From: an uncultured Gemmatimonadales bacterium | GTDB lineage: Bacteria; Gemmatimonadota; Gemmatimonadetes; Gemmatimonadales; GWC2-71-9 | NCBI GenBank assembly: GCA_963798915.1 | Contig: CAWCVB010000005.1 | Coordinates: 185,291-249,290 of the forward strand | Direction: 5' to 3' | Length of the DNA stretch: 64,000 bases | In this document: positions 11,012 through 21,655 of the stretch, piece after piece | Layout of the letters: the number at the start of each line of letters is the position of its first letter | Position numbering within the stretch: the first letter of the stretch is position 1 | Program-made: the position numbers and the translations under genes | The notes under the pieces: generated by a model | Database searches by the model: none | Told to the model about the DNA's origin: nothing | The model's input: only the letters and a program-made list of their open reading frames with translations

Positions 11012-11077
11012 CGGCGAGGCGGCCGGAGGGATCGTGCCGGGCGCCACCTGGACGGCTCGCGGCGGAGCGGCGCGCTG

Positions 11078-12317
11078 ATGCGGATTCTCTGGCTCAAGAC
11101 CGAGTCTGCTGCATCCGGTGGACAAGGGAGGACGGATTCGCACCTATCAGATGTTGCGCGCCCTGAAACGCGACCATCACGTGACCTACGTCGCCCTGGA
11201 CAATGGCCGCGCCCCTGCGGAAGCCGCGGCCCTCGCGGCGGAATACTGCGACGAACTGGTGCGCATCCCATACGCTGAACCCGAGCGGCGCACGGCGGCG
11301 TTCTGGCGTGACCTGACCCGCAACCTCCTTTCGCCGCTTCCGTACGCCATTGCCAAGTATCATTCATCCGACATGCGATCCTTCATCGAGCGTCGCGTGG
11401 CGGCGGGAACGGTCGACTTGCTGGTCTGCGACTTCCTGATGCCGGCGCAGAATGTTCCCGACCATCTGTCCTGCCGGACCGTGCTTTTCCAGCACAACGT
11501 CGAGGCCAGTATCTGGCGGCGGCACGTCGAGGTGCAGACCGGCGCCCTGGCCCGGGCATATTTTGCGCGGCAATGCCGACGGATGGAACGGTTCGAGCAC
11601 GAGCAATGCCGGCGCTTCGACCTCGTCGTCGCCGTGTCGGAAGAGGATGCTGCGGCATTCCGGACCCAGTATGGTGTGAGCGCGGTCAGCGCGGTGCCGA
11701 CTGGGGTCGACACGAAGTATTTCGCCGACACGGACCTTTCACTCGCGAAGCCGGGAAAGCTCGTGTTCGTGGGCGCCATGGACTGGATGCCCAACGAGGA
11801 CGGCATTCAATGGTTTGCGAGCGAGGTGCTCCCTCGCATCCGCATCACCATGCCAGACGCGAGCTTGACGGTCGTTGGGCGTAATCCCGGTTCCGCCGTC
11901 CGCCGGCTCGCGGATGCCGGCAGTGGAATAGACGTCACTGGAACGGTGCCGGACGTGCGGCCCTACCTCCGGGACGCCGCGGTCGTCATCGTCCCGCTGC
12001 GTGTGGGCGGAGGGACCCGGCTCAAGATTTATGAAGCCATGGCGGCGAACCGACCGGTTGTCTCCACCACGATCGGAGCCGAGGGGCTGCCGCTGGTGAC
12101 TGGCCAGCACCTGCTGACCGCTGACGATCCCGGCTCATTTGCCGATGCCTGCATCCGCCTGCTTCAGTCGCCGGCCGACGCTGGGAGAATTGCAGCTGCC
12201 GGTGGTCGGTATGTGCGAGAGCACTTCGGCTGGGATCGTGTGGCGGGCGAGTTTGCCCGGTTGTGCGGCGACGTGGGGGCGCCGCTCCAATCGTCGGCGC
12301 AGGGGTCCAGGACGTGA
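11078..12317 (+). CDS. Glycosyltransferase family 4, PEP-CTERM/exosortase-associated type (frameshift at ~11105)
   Basis: Reconstructed MRILWLKTE(L)LHPVDKGGRIRT, FQHNVE, VPTGVD, FVGAMDWMPNEDG, GGGTRLKIYEAMA. Confidence 0.88.
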
Positions 12318-13102
12318 GTGGCGAACGGCTCCGCGTTGTCGTGATGGCGCACGACGAAGATGAGCTCTACGCCGATGGCGTGGCCGGCTGGCTCACCGGT
12401 CGCGAGCAGCTTTGCGGACTGATCCGGATCGTGGACTCGGCCCGTGTTCGGCGGCGGCGGATCCAGCGCGAATGGCGTCGCTCCGGCACGCTTGGCCTGG
12501 CGGATGTGGTGGCATGGCGGGTCTATCATCGTGTGCGCTACGGGGCAGAGGCGCGCCGGGTGCGGGCGGGCCTGCTCGCCGAGCTGGTCGGGGCCCGGCC
12601 AGAGCCAGTGGCCGCGCCGGTCCTGCGTACCGGAGCGCCCAATGGCGTCGCCGTGCAGGAATTTCTTGCGCAGGCCAATGCTGATATCATGATCGCGCTG
12701 GTGAAGCACATCCTGAAGCCGGCCGTGTTCGCGCTCCCTCGTCATGGGACCTTCGTCCTGCATCCGGGAATCTGCCCTGAGTACCGGAACGCGCACGGAT
12801 GCTTCTGGGCCTTGACCCGCGCCGATCACGCACGCGTGGGCATGACGCTGCTTCGCATCGACGAGGGCGTGGACACCGGTCCCACGTTCGGCTACTTCAG
12901 CCTCCCGCAGTCGCGCTGGAGTCGTTCGCCCATCGCCCTGCAGCAACAGATGGTCCTGGAGAACCTGGCCCCCGTCATGGACCGGTTGCAAGCGGTCGTC
13001 GCAGGAGATGCCGCGCCAGTGGACACGTCCGGCCGGGAGTCGGGCGTCTGGGGCCAGCCGAAGCTGACTGCCTGGTGGCACCGGGCGCGGCCGGCGGCAT
13101 GA
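12314..13102 (+). CDS. Formyltransferase-fold protein
   Basis: VLHPGICPEYRNAHGCFWAL and GMTLLRIDEGVDTGP match the Formyl_trans_N core; the GTG overlaps the previous stop. Confidence 0.75.
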   Translation: MSGERLRVVVMAHDEDELYADGVAGWLTGREQLCGLIRIVDSARVRRRRIQREWRRSGTLGLADVVAWRVYHRVRYGAEARRVRAGLLAELVGARPEPVAAPVLRTGAPNGVAVQEFLAQANADIMIALVKHILKPAVFALPRHGTFVLHPGICPEYRNAHGCFWALTRADHARVGMTLLRIDEGVDTGPTFGYFSLPQSRWSRSPIALQQQMVLENLAPVMDRLQAVVAGDAAPVDTSGRESGVWGQPKLTAWWHRARPAA

Positions 13103-13115
13103 TTGGTCCCGAGGC

Positions 13116-13913
13116 ATGAACCGGCTGCCCGGGCGGCTTGGGGTCCTCGAATATCACGACATCGTGCACGCCGGTGCCGAGGATGCGTCGGGCTTCGCCG
13201 GTCCATCGGCTGCCAGCTACAAGGTGGATGCGGAGCGCTTTGCCGCGCACCTCGCGGCGCTGGACGGTCAACTGGTGGCACGGCTGGCCTCCGATGGCAG
13301 CGGCGAGCTGTCACCGTCGTCGGTACTGCTCACCTTCGACGATGGCGGCGTGGATGCCATCCGGGTGGCCGCCCCGATGCTCGAGGAACGCGGGATGCGC
13401 GGTCTGTTCTTCACGACTGTTGGCCGGATTGGGCAGCCAGGTTTTCTGGGGCCGCCCGACCTGCGTGAACTGCGCCAACGCGGCCATGCTATTGGCAGTC
13501 ACTCGATGACACACCCTACTCGCTTCAGCACGCTTTCGCCCGAGGACATGCGGCGGGAATGGCACGAAAGCCGTTGCATTCTTGAGGACATCCTGGGGTG
13601 CGAGGTGCGGATGGGCTCGGTGCCGGGCGGCTATCATTCCCTGGCTGTCGCCCGGGAGGCGGCACGCGCCGGTTACGCATGGCTCTTCACCTCCGAGCCA
13701 TCACCCCGCGTGAGCGTGGTGCAGGGCTGCGCCGTCGTTGGGCGCTTTACGTTGCGACGGAAGTCTTCGGCTGCAGCGGCCCGCGCTCTGGCGACCGGGC
13801 AGGGAACTGCGCGGCGCCGGGCCGCCGCGGTCTGGACAACCAAGAAGGTGCTGAAGCGAGTGGCCGGTCCGCTCTATCTGCGAGTTCGGCGGCTGGCATT
13901 CCGCGACGCCTGA
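13116..13913 (+). CDS. Polysaccharide deacetylase (CE4/NodB-like)
   Basis: LEYHD, LTFDDG, IGSHSMTH, SVPGG. Confidence 0.88.
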   Translation: MNRLPGRLGVLEYHDIVHAGAEDASGFAGPSAASYKVDAERFAAHLAALDGQLVARLASDGSGELSPSSVLLTFDDGGVDAIRVAAPMLEERGMRGLFFTTVGRIGQPGFLGPPDLRELRQRGHAIGSHSMTHPTRFSTLSPEDMRREWHESRCILEDILGCEVRMGSVPGGYHSLAVAREAARAGYAWLFTSEPSPRVSVVQGCAVVGRFTLRRKSSAAAARALATGQGTARRRAAAVWTTKKVLKRVAGPLYLRVRRLAFRDA

Positions 13914-13938
13914 TGGTGGTGAATCTCAAGGGAGCAAG

Positions 13939-15261
13939 ATGACGACCTCGATAAGCGTATTTGGATTGGGCTATGTCGGCTGCGTTTCAGCCGCCTGCTT
14001 CGCGAAGGAAGGTCATGCAGTCACCGGTGTGGATGTGAATCCTGCCAAGGTGGACATGATCATGGCCGGCAAGGCCACCATCGTGGAGGCCGGCATCGGC
14101 GAACTGGTGGCCGAGATGGTGGAGTCAGGTCGGCTCACCGCCACGACGAGTGTCGAGCAGGCGGTGCAGGAGACGGCGGTGTCGCTGGTCTGCGTCGGCA
14201 CGCCCAGCCGGGCCAATGGCAGTCTTGACCTGAGTTATGTCGAGCGGGTTTCGGAGCAGATTGGCCAGGCCATCCGCAGCAAGGCTGCCCGGCATGTGAT
14301 CGTCATCCGGAGCACCGTGTTGCCCGGCACCATCCACGATGTGGTAGTGCCAGCCCTCGAACGCACCAGTGGCAAGAAGGCGGGCACGGACTTCGGCGTC
14401 TGTGGCAACCCCGAATTTCTGCGGGAAGGCACCTCGATCCGGGACTTCTACGACCCGCCCTTCACCCTGGTGGGTGCGGACGATGCCGAGACTGGCCGCG
14501 TGGTTGCCGCCCTGTACCAGGGGATCGAGGCGACGGTTCACGTCATTCCGGTGCGCACGGCGGAAATGGTCAAGTATTCCTGCAACTGCTTCCATGGCCT
14601 CAAGGTGGCGTTTGCCAACGAAATCGGGAATATCTGCAAGGCCACCGGCGTGGACAGCCATGAGGTGATGCGGATCTTCTGCGAAGACCGGAAGCTCAAC
14701 ATTTCCCCGTACTACTTGCGTCCCGGGATTCGCGTTCGGCGGGTCCTGCTTGCCCAAGGATTTGCGGGCCACGGTCTACAATGCCCGAGCCCACGATGTG
14801 CCGGTGCCAGTATTGGAGGCTGTGCTGGAAAGCAATCGCCTCCAGATCGAGAAGGCTTTCAACATGGTCATGGCCACGGGCCGGCGGCGGGTCGGTGTCC
14901 TCGGCTTGAGTTTCAAGGCGGGAACGGACGATCTGCGTGAATCGCCGATGGTGTCGCTGATCGAGCGGCTGATCGGCAAGGGCCTGGAGTTGTCCATCTA
15001 CGATCCCTACGTCACCAGCTCACGGCTCATGGGTGCCAATCGCGAGTATATCGAGCGGGAAATTCCCCACATCTGGGAACTCATGCGTGGCAGCATCCGT
15101 GAAGTGCTGGATGGCTCGGATGCCGTGATCATCGGCAACAGCGCCGGCGAGTTCCGGGAGATCCAGGGCCACCTGCGCGATGATCAGCCGGTGGTCGATC
15201 TGGTGCGGGCCTTCGGTCCACGCATTCGGATGGCCCCGGCTACGAGGGCATCTGCTGGTGA
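13939..15261 (+). CDS. GDP-mannose/UDP-glucose 6-dehydrogenase, AlgD-like (frameshifts at ~14727 and ~15222)
   Basis: GLGYVG, CVGTPS, IRSTVLPGT, NPEFLREG, FGGSCLPKD, GLSFKAGTDDLRESP and the AlgD-like ending YEGICW*. Confidence 0.88.
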
Positions 15262-15269
15262 GCGCCAGC

Positions 15270-16113
15270 ATGAGAGCGGGCTCGGCATCTGATCACGCCG
15301 ACGAGGTACGCCGCGGCGAGCGGTTCGAGTTCGGTGCCAACTGGCAGCGCTTCCTCCGGGTGTTGGATGACGAGCGAATCCGCCAGGCGGAGGACGGGCT
15401 CGCAGGGATGCTCGGGCGTCGGGATCTTGACGGCCTCCGGTTCCTCGATGTGGGCTCGGGAAGCGGGCTTTCGAGCCTGGTGGCGCGCCGGATGGGTGCG
15501 ACGGTGCATTCGTTCGACTATGATCCGCATCGGTGGCGTGCACCGAAGAACTGCGACGCCGGTATTTCCCGGATGATCCCTCCTGGACCGTCGAGCCCGG
15601 CTCAGCCCTGGATGCCGGATATCTTGAGCGGGCTGGGCACATTCGACATCGTCTACTCCTGGGGCGTGCTGCACCACACCGGCGACATGTGGTGCGCGCT
15701 CGACCTGGTGGCTTCGCTGGTCAAGCCGGGCGGCATGCTCTTCATTGCCATCTATAACGACCAGGGCGCCTGGTCCGGCCGCTGGAAGGCGATCAAGCGA
15801 CTTCTACTGCTCTGGCCCACTGGGCAAGGCGCTGGTGAGCGGCGTGGCCATCCCTTACTGGGTGCTGCAAGGCCTGCTCGCTGACCTGGTCTGGAGGCGC
15901 AATCCGCTGGCGCGCTATCGGGACTACGGGAAGGACCGCGGGATGTCGATGACGCATGACTGGTTCGACTGGCTGGGGGGCTATCCGTTCGAGTACGCCA
16001 AGCCAGAGGCCATTTTCGATTTCTATCGTGAGCGTGGTTTTAGCCTGCTGCGGATGGCCACCGCAGGCGGTTCTGTGGGCTGCAACGAGTTCGTCCTGCA
16101 GAAGCTCGCGTAA
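15270..16113 (+). CDS. Class I SAM-dependent methyltransferase (three apparent frameshifts)
   Basis: RFEFGANW, FLDVGSGSG, FDIVYSWGVLHHTG, IAIYNDQG, DWLGGYPFE spread over ORFs 15180/15533/15745. Confidence 0.82.
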
Positions 16114-16122
16114 CCGAATAAA

Positions 16123-16165
16123 GAAGCCGCGAGGGGCCACACGGAGATGGTCCGCTCGCGGCTTC
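16123..16165. terminator. Stem-loop between convergent genes, possible terminator
   Basis: GAAGCCGCGAG ... CTCGCGGCTTC, an 11-bp perfect inverted repeat with an additional inner stem. Confidence 0.6.
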
Positions 16166-16195
16166 CCTCGTTCCGTTTCTAGCGAACGCCAACGG

Positions 16196-18761
16196 TCATG
16201 GTGGCACCTTGGCCGCATCAGCGCCGATCATGGTACCATCGGTGGCTGAATGCAGATATGGACTGCTGCCTGACAGCTGGAAGTCGCCGGTCAGATAGTT
16301 GAGCAGCCCAGCGGCCGTCGTACTGGCCGGGAAGAAATTGTTCGATGGGTAGATGCTGCTTGGAGCGCTGATCGATCGCATTGTGCGCTACGAGAGCATC
16401 TGGTGCGTAGTAGGCCAATGCTGGATTCCCTTCACCCTTCCCACTTCCGAACAATCCCCAGCTACCGCGCGCAAATATGTTGTTAGTGATGACCAAGTGC
16501 GGTGGCGAGGTACTGCGCTGTCCCGTCGAACAGGATGATATGCCGCTCGCCCATCGCCGTGTTGTGGGCGATCGTCAGATAGGTTACGCCGCCCAGGATC
16601 TGGAAGATGCGCTTGGTGTCAGCCTGGGTGCGCTCAGTCCCGACTTTCTCGAAGATAGTGTGCTCAATGATCTGGCCGACGGGAGGCGTACCGCCGCCGC
16701 CATTGGGTTCTGCGATGCCCAGTCATGTTGAAGCCGCCGGGAGAGTTGATGATGCGGTTGTAGCGCCAGGTCACGTCTCGACGTTACGCACCAGTCGCAG
16801 TGTCCTCCTTGATTCATGGTCTTCATCACGATCGCGAAGCCGGTCTGCGCCTCGGCCCAGTTGTTCTCCAAGACATTGCCTTCAACCAGCACTCGCGCTG
16901 GCATTCTTCAATTCGAAGAGATTCTTGATGGCCCAGCCGGCGCCCTTCCAGGTCAGCGGCTTGTAGAAATGGTTCCGGCGGATCTCGATATCACTGGGGA
17001 CGACGCCGCTGAATTGAGGGTCGCCGCCGCCGAACATGACGTTCTCGCTCGCCCCTTCCAGCCGGTTGTTCACGATCTTGTACGGCCCCGGACCGTCCCA
17101 GCCCCAGATCGCCTGCGAGTCGAGATAGCGGTAGTGGCAGTCCGAAATCCAACTGTCGATGACGGCGCTCGACCGGCTGTTCAGGGCGACGCATCGCTGC
17201 AGGTTCATGCTGGACGTACCATGCACATAGACCCGGTCGAGAATGATGAACTGGGGATAGTCTGCGATGCCGGTGGCGGTGTGGGAGTAATCTCCCAGAT
17301 TCACCACGGCATAGGTCATGGACGCCGAGCTGGAGAGTTCGATGCCCATGACCCGATAATAGCTGGCGGTGCTACTGGTCTGGTCCGTAGAGCCGGCATC
17401 GAGTTTGGCGTCACAAGCTTGGCAAAGCTTGCCGCCGTGGAAGGCGTCACCCGCGTACCCTCAGCGGGAAGGGTCGTCGCGGTCCGGATGGTGATCCAGC
17501 CGCTTCCTGCCTTGGCGGGCAGGTAGTAATTGCCCACGAAGCGCGCGCCGGCGGCCAGCTGGATGACATCACCGCGGGCGGCGCCATTGATGGCCGCCTG
17601 CAGGTCGCCGCCGGCCGGCACGTTGATGGTCTTTCCGGTCGGTGGGACATAATGGGTGTCAAGGTAGGTGCGGGGCATCTCCGCTACCTCACCTGACGGC
17701 GGGGGAGAGGAAATACTCGACGGATCGGTGGTCACCGGCACGCTGCCATCAGTGGAGCCCACGTCACTGGTGGACGGTGCTGCGCCGCTCTTGACCGTGA
17801 TCCAGGATGTGTCGGCCAGGCTGCCGCCAACCTGCACGGCGCGGATCCGGACGGTGGCCTCGACCGGCATGACCCAGTCCAGCCCGCGCACGTAGCCTCG
17901 ATCGGCCACCAGTGACGCGCTCACCGGCATCGTCTGGCCGGTGGTGGTCACCCCATGCACCTCAAACGTCAGGGTATCGCCCGGCGGAATCGTGTCGCGG
18001 CTTGGGCTGAGAACGATCCGCGCCAGGGTCCCGCTGGTGGTCCCGCCGGTACCGCTTGAGGCAGTTGACGAAACCGTGACGTGTGCCTCGGCCTCCGATG
18101 GAACTGCCGTCCAGCACGGCTCGCACCCGAAAAGTGCCCTCGATCGGGCAGTAGTAATCCAGCCCACGCACATAGCCGCGGTCCGGATAGAGCTTGACTG
18201 GTGCCGGCACGCTGTCGCCAGTCGCGGTCTTGCCCCATACCACGAACCGAAGCGTGTCATTCGGCTGGATGGTGCTCTGCTGCGGGCTTGCATGACCAGC
18301 GACGTGATGGTGGAGGTGACCGAAACGCTCGCCATGGTGATCGACCATGGTGTCGGACGTCCCCAGCGACGAGCTGGCACCGACCAGGCGATATGAACCG
18401 GCTTCGGTGGCGGTGAACAGCGTCACCGCTTGCGAATCCACGACGCCCCGGACCAGCGTGCCCCCATCCAGACTTCGCCAGGTGACGTCAGCGGTCAGCT
18501 GCTTCCCCTCCGCGTTGCCGCGGGTGGCGCGCAAGGCGGTCGAATCGCCGGCCAGGACAGTCGGCCTGTCGGCACGGACCTGAAGCGCTCTGGCAGCGGC
18601 CCGGTCCGCCTGACCGGGGCCGGCACATCCTTGAGCATTCCGGCTTCAGGACCAGCAGTTGAGTCAGAACAGGCAGATAAGCTGAAAGCGAGGAGAAGAG
18701 TGGGAAGGGCGAGCCGCAGGCGTGCGGCCCGTGAGCTCCACGGGTTGCGTGGAAAGTTCAT
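16196..18761 (-). CDS. Large secreted lipoprotein A: about 3 Ig-like modules, Ser/Thr linker and a predicted parallel beta-helix domain (multiple frameshifts)
   Basis: Lipobox LLLAFSLSA/C. Fragments 18495, 17962, 17316, 16882, 16584, 16218 and 16196 join into one protein collinear with the paralog at 19066-21366. Asn-rich repeats (IVNNRL, IRRNHF, VEGNVL, ITNNIF). Confidence 0.75.
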
Positions 18762-18995
18762 CGAGCGGGTACCTCTCGGGTGCAGGCCTATCCGGCGCTC
18801 GCCAGGCAGGCGGTACGTGGAGTGCGTACCAGGGCGCTCCTCGAGTCGAGGGCGCTCGGGTACCGAGTGTAGAATGGGAGATCGGTGCAGCTGTCTGCCC
18901 GGCTGCGACTGGGGGGATCGAAGCCTGCCCAATGTCTAGGGACCTGCACCTTACTGCGGTGACCCACGTCACACTTTTCCTGAACGGTTCCGTCC

Positions 18996-19034
18996 AAAAC
19001 AGCAACGCCCGGGCAGGTGCCCGGGCGTTGCTGT
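18996..19034 (-). terminator. Rho-independent terminator after lipoprotein B
   Basis: Perfect 16-bp inverted repeat ACAGCAACGCCCGGGC-aggt-GCCCGGGCGTTGCTGT followed by a T-run on the minus strand. Confidence 0.85.
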
Positions 19035-19065
19035 GCTGCGGAGCTGCGATGTCGCTGTGCCTTGG

Positions 19066-21366
19066 CTAGTAAACGCCCACAATCGCGGCGGTCAGTGCGT
19101 CCACATTTGCACCTGGCGGGAGCCCGTCTGTGCTTCCCGCGTAGTATGGGCTGGAGGTGGTGAGGTCATAGTCACCATTCGCATAGTCGGTCATGCCGAC
19201 GGTGAGTGAGCTGGTGGGGTAATAATTGCTCGACGGGTACTTGGTCGAAGGCGCTGCGACAACAATGTTGCCGCGGAAGACGCCGTCCGGCGCATAGTAG
19301 GCCAAGGCCGCGGAGCCCTTCACCCTTGCTGCTGCCGAAGACACCGTAGGTGCCCCGGGCTGAAGAGATTGTCCCGGATCACCAGCGCCGAGGTCGGTTT
19401 GCCGTCGAACAGCACGATCTTGTCCTGGCTGAAGCCGGTATTGTGGGCGATCGTGATGTTTCGCACCGTTCCCAGGAGCTGGAACAGAATGCGGGTACCG
19501 GTCTGGGTGGACTGGGCCACATCCTCGAGCACGTTTTCCGCGATGAGGAAGTCGTTGGCCGGGATGGCAGTCCCGCCGCTCAGCGCCTGGTAATCCGATG
19601 ATGTTGAACCCGCCCGGGGAGTTCTTGATCAGGTTGGTGCCGGATGGTCAGATCCTGGGCGACGCACCAATCGCAGCGCCCGCCCTGGTTGGCCGACTTC
19701 AGAACGATCGCGAAGCCGGTCTGGGCGTCTGACCAGTTGTTCTCGAAGATGTTGCTTTCGAGGAGCACCCGCTGGGCATTCTTGACCTCGAAGAGGTTCT
19801 TGACGGACCAGACACCCTTCCACGAGAGCGGCTTGAAGACGTGGTTGTGACGGATGGTGATGTCGCTCGGGACCACCCCGTACACGTTGGGGTCCGCACC
19901 ACCGAACATGATGTTCTCGCCCGCACCCTCGAGATGGTTGTTCTCGATCTTGAGCGGGCCCGGGCTGGCCCAGGTGATGATGGCCTGGGTGTCCATGCCC
20001 TTGCCATGACAGTCGGACAGCCAGCTGTCCACCACCGCGCTGGTGCGGGAGTTCAGCACGACGCAGCGTTGCAGGGTCTGGCTGGACGTCGCCGTGGACA
20101 TAGACCCGGTCCAGGATGATCTCCTGCGGGATCTGGTCCACGCTGGTCGCGGATTCGTTGTAGAGCTGGATCAGCGAGTAGGTCATGCTGGCCGTGGAGC
20201 CGACCTCGACGCCCATGAGCCGGTAGTAACTCGCATCGCCGCTCGCCGCCGTCTTGATGTGCCGGCATCGAATTGGGAGTCATGATCTTCGCGAAATTGG
20301 CCGCCGCCTGAGGTGTGACCCGGGTGCCCTCGGCCGGCAGGGTTGTGGCCGTGCGAATAGTGATCCAGCCGGTGCCGGACTTGGCAGGCAGGGTGAAATT
20401 CCCGCTGAACGTCGCGCCCGCCGCCAGCTCGATCACGTCGCCGCGCTGCGCCGCATTGAGCGCTGACTGCAGCTCGCCGCCGGCCGGCACCACGATGGTG
20501 TTGCCGGTGGGCGGGACGTAACGGCTGTCAACCGCCACGCGAGGAAGCTCCACGGAGCCATCGCTGGCAATCGGCTGAAGCGGCGCGGCGGTGACCGTCG
20601 TGTCGGTCGGGGTCGGGCTCGTGGTTGTCGGCGTCGTGACGGACGTGGTATCTGGAGCCGGAGCTGGGGCCGGGGCTGGTGCCGGCGCCGTCGCTGGCGC
20701 CGCGATGCTGACGCTGGCCGAATCGGTCAGCGGCCCGCCATGCTGCTTGGCCACAATCGTGAAGGAACCCGCGGTATCGCCAGCGGTGTAGTACAGGCCG
20801 CTCGCCGTGCCGCCGGGCGTCGACTGGAGGTCGGCGACCACTGGGACACTGTCGCCAGCCGAGGTGCGACCGTAGACGAAGAATTGCTGGCCCTGGCCCA
20901 CGGCAAGAGAGACGACCGTCGGCAGGATGTAGATCTTGGCAAGACTCACGCTGTTCGACCTTGGAACGGAGACCCTCGTCGTGTCGCGGAACTTCTTCCC
21001 GCGATCAAAGCTGACCAGGCGGTAGTCGCCCGGCTCCTTGGCCGAAAAATAGGTCATGTGCTTGGAATTGACGACCGTGTCGCGAAGCTCGCCGCCATCG
21101 AGACTGACCCAGTCAGCCTCGACGGGGGTCTTCTCGCCGTCCGACTTGACCGCCATGGCCCGGACCGGCGTCGCCTGGTCGGGCGCCACGGTCGGATTGT
21201 CCGATGAAGCCAGAATTCCCACCACCTGGCTGGCGGCACGGGGCGAGTCGAAGTCCGAGCCCAAGGGGCCGCCATCCATGCAGCCGGCTACCAGCACGAT
21301 CAGGCCGGCGACGGACATATCTCGCAGCAGGGCGAGGCGACGGGACAGCTTGTGCTTGAACGGCAT
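19066..21366 (-). CDS. Large secreted lipoprotein B: about 2 Ig-like modules, Pro-Ala/Thr linker and a predicted parallel beta-helix domain (multiple frameshifts)
   Basis: MPFKHKLSRRLALLR..LIVLVAG/C lipobox. Fragments 20053, 19629, 19580, 19320 and 19066 join. Shares WITIRTATTLPAEGTRVTP, IILDRVYVHG, ENxMFGG, KNLFE, QTGFAIV and CDWCV with lipoprotein A. Confidence 0.78.
20580..20703 (-). repeat. Low-complexity linker (PA)n followed by a Thr/Pro-rich tract
   Basis: Encodes APATAPAPAPAPAPAPDTTSVTTPTTTSPTPTDTTVTAAP. Confidence 0.8.
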
Positions 21367-21537
21367 GAGAAGCTCCGCGAAGAGTCTGGGAACGCAACAG
21401 GCCGCCGGCGGGCGCACCTGTTCGCTGGGGGTGCGTGTCGCTGGCGGCCCGGCTGGCATGGCGCTGATGCGCTGAAGCCCCGAAACTCTGCGTCGCGGCG
21501 TTTCCGCCGGTTTGCTCTGAGCAGCGCCCAAGCCAGA

Positions 21538-21553
21538 AGCAAGCCTCTTGCCA
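21538..21553 (-). promoter_or_regulatory. Sigma-54 (-24/-12) promoter upstream of lipoprotein B
   Basis: TGGCAAGAGGCTTGCT is a near-consensus match to TGGCACG-N4-TTGCW, ~170 nt upstream of the start; a GAFTGA activator is encoded in the locus. Confidence 0.7.
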
Positions 21554-21655
21554 TCTGCAAGGTGCGCCGAACTATTTGCTGGGAAATGACGTTGGGAGGG
21601 GTGCAACCGAATGCACGGGGCCGGCATCCGGTGATTCGCAATGTATAGTTGCTTT

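Noticed and set aside
18886..18901. GG-N10-GC box upstream of lipoprotein A (CGGGCAGACAGCTGCA)
   Set aside because: Weak match in GC-rich sequence and not distinguishable from chance.
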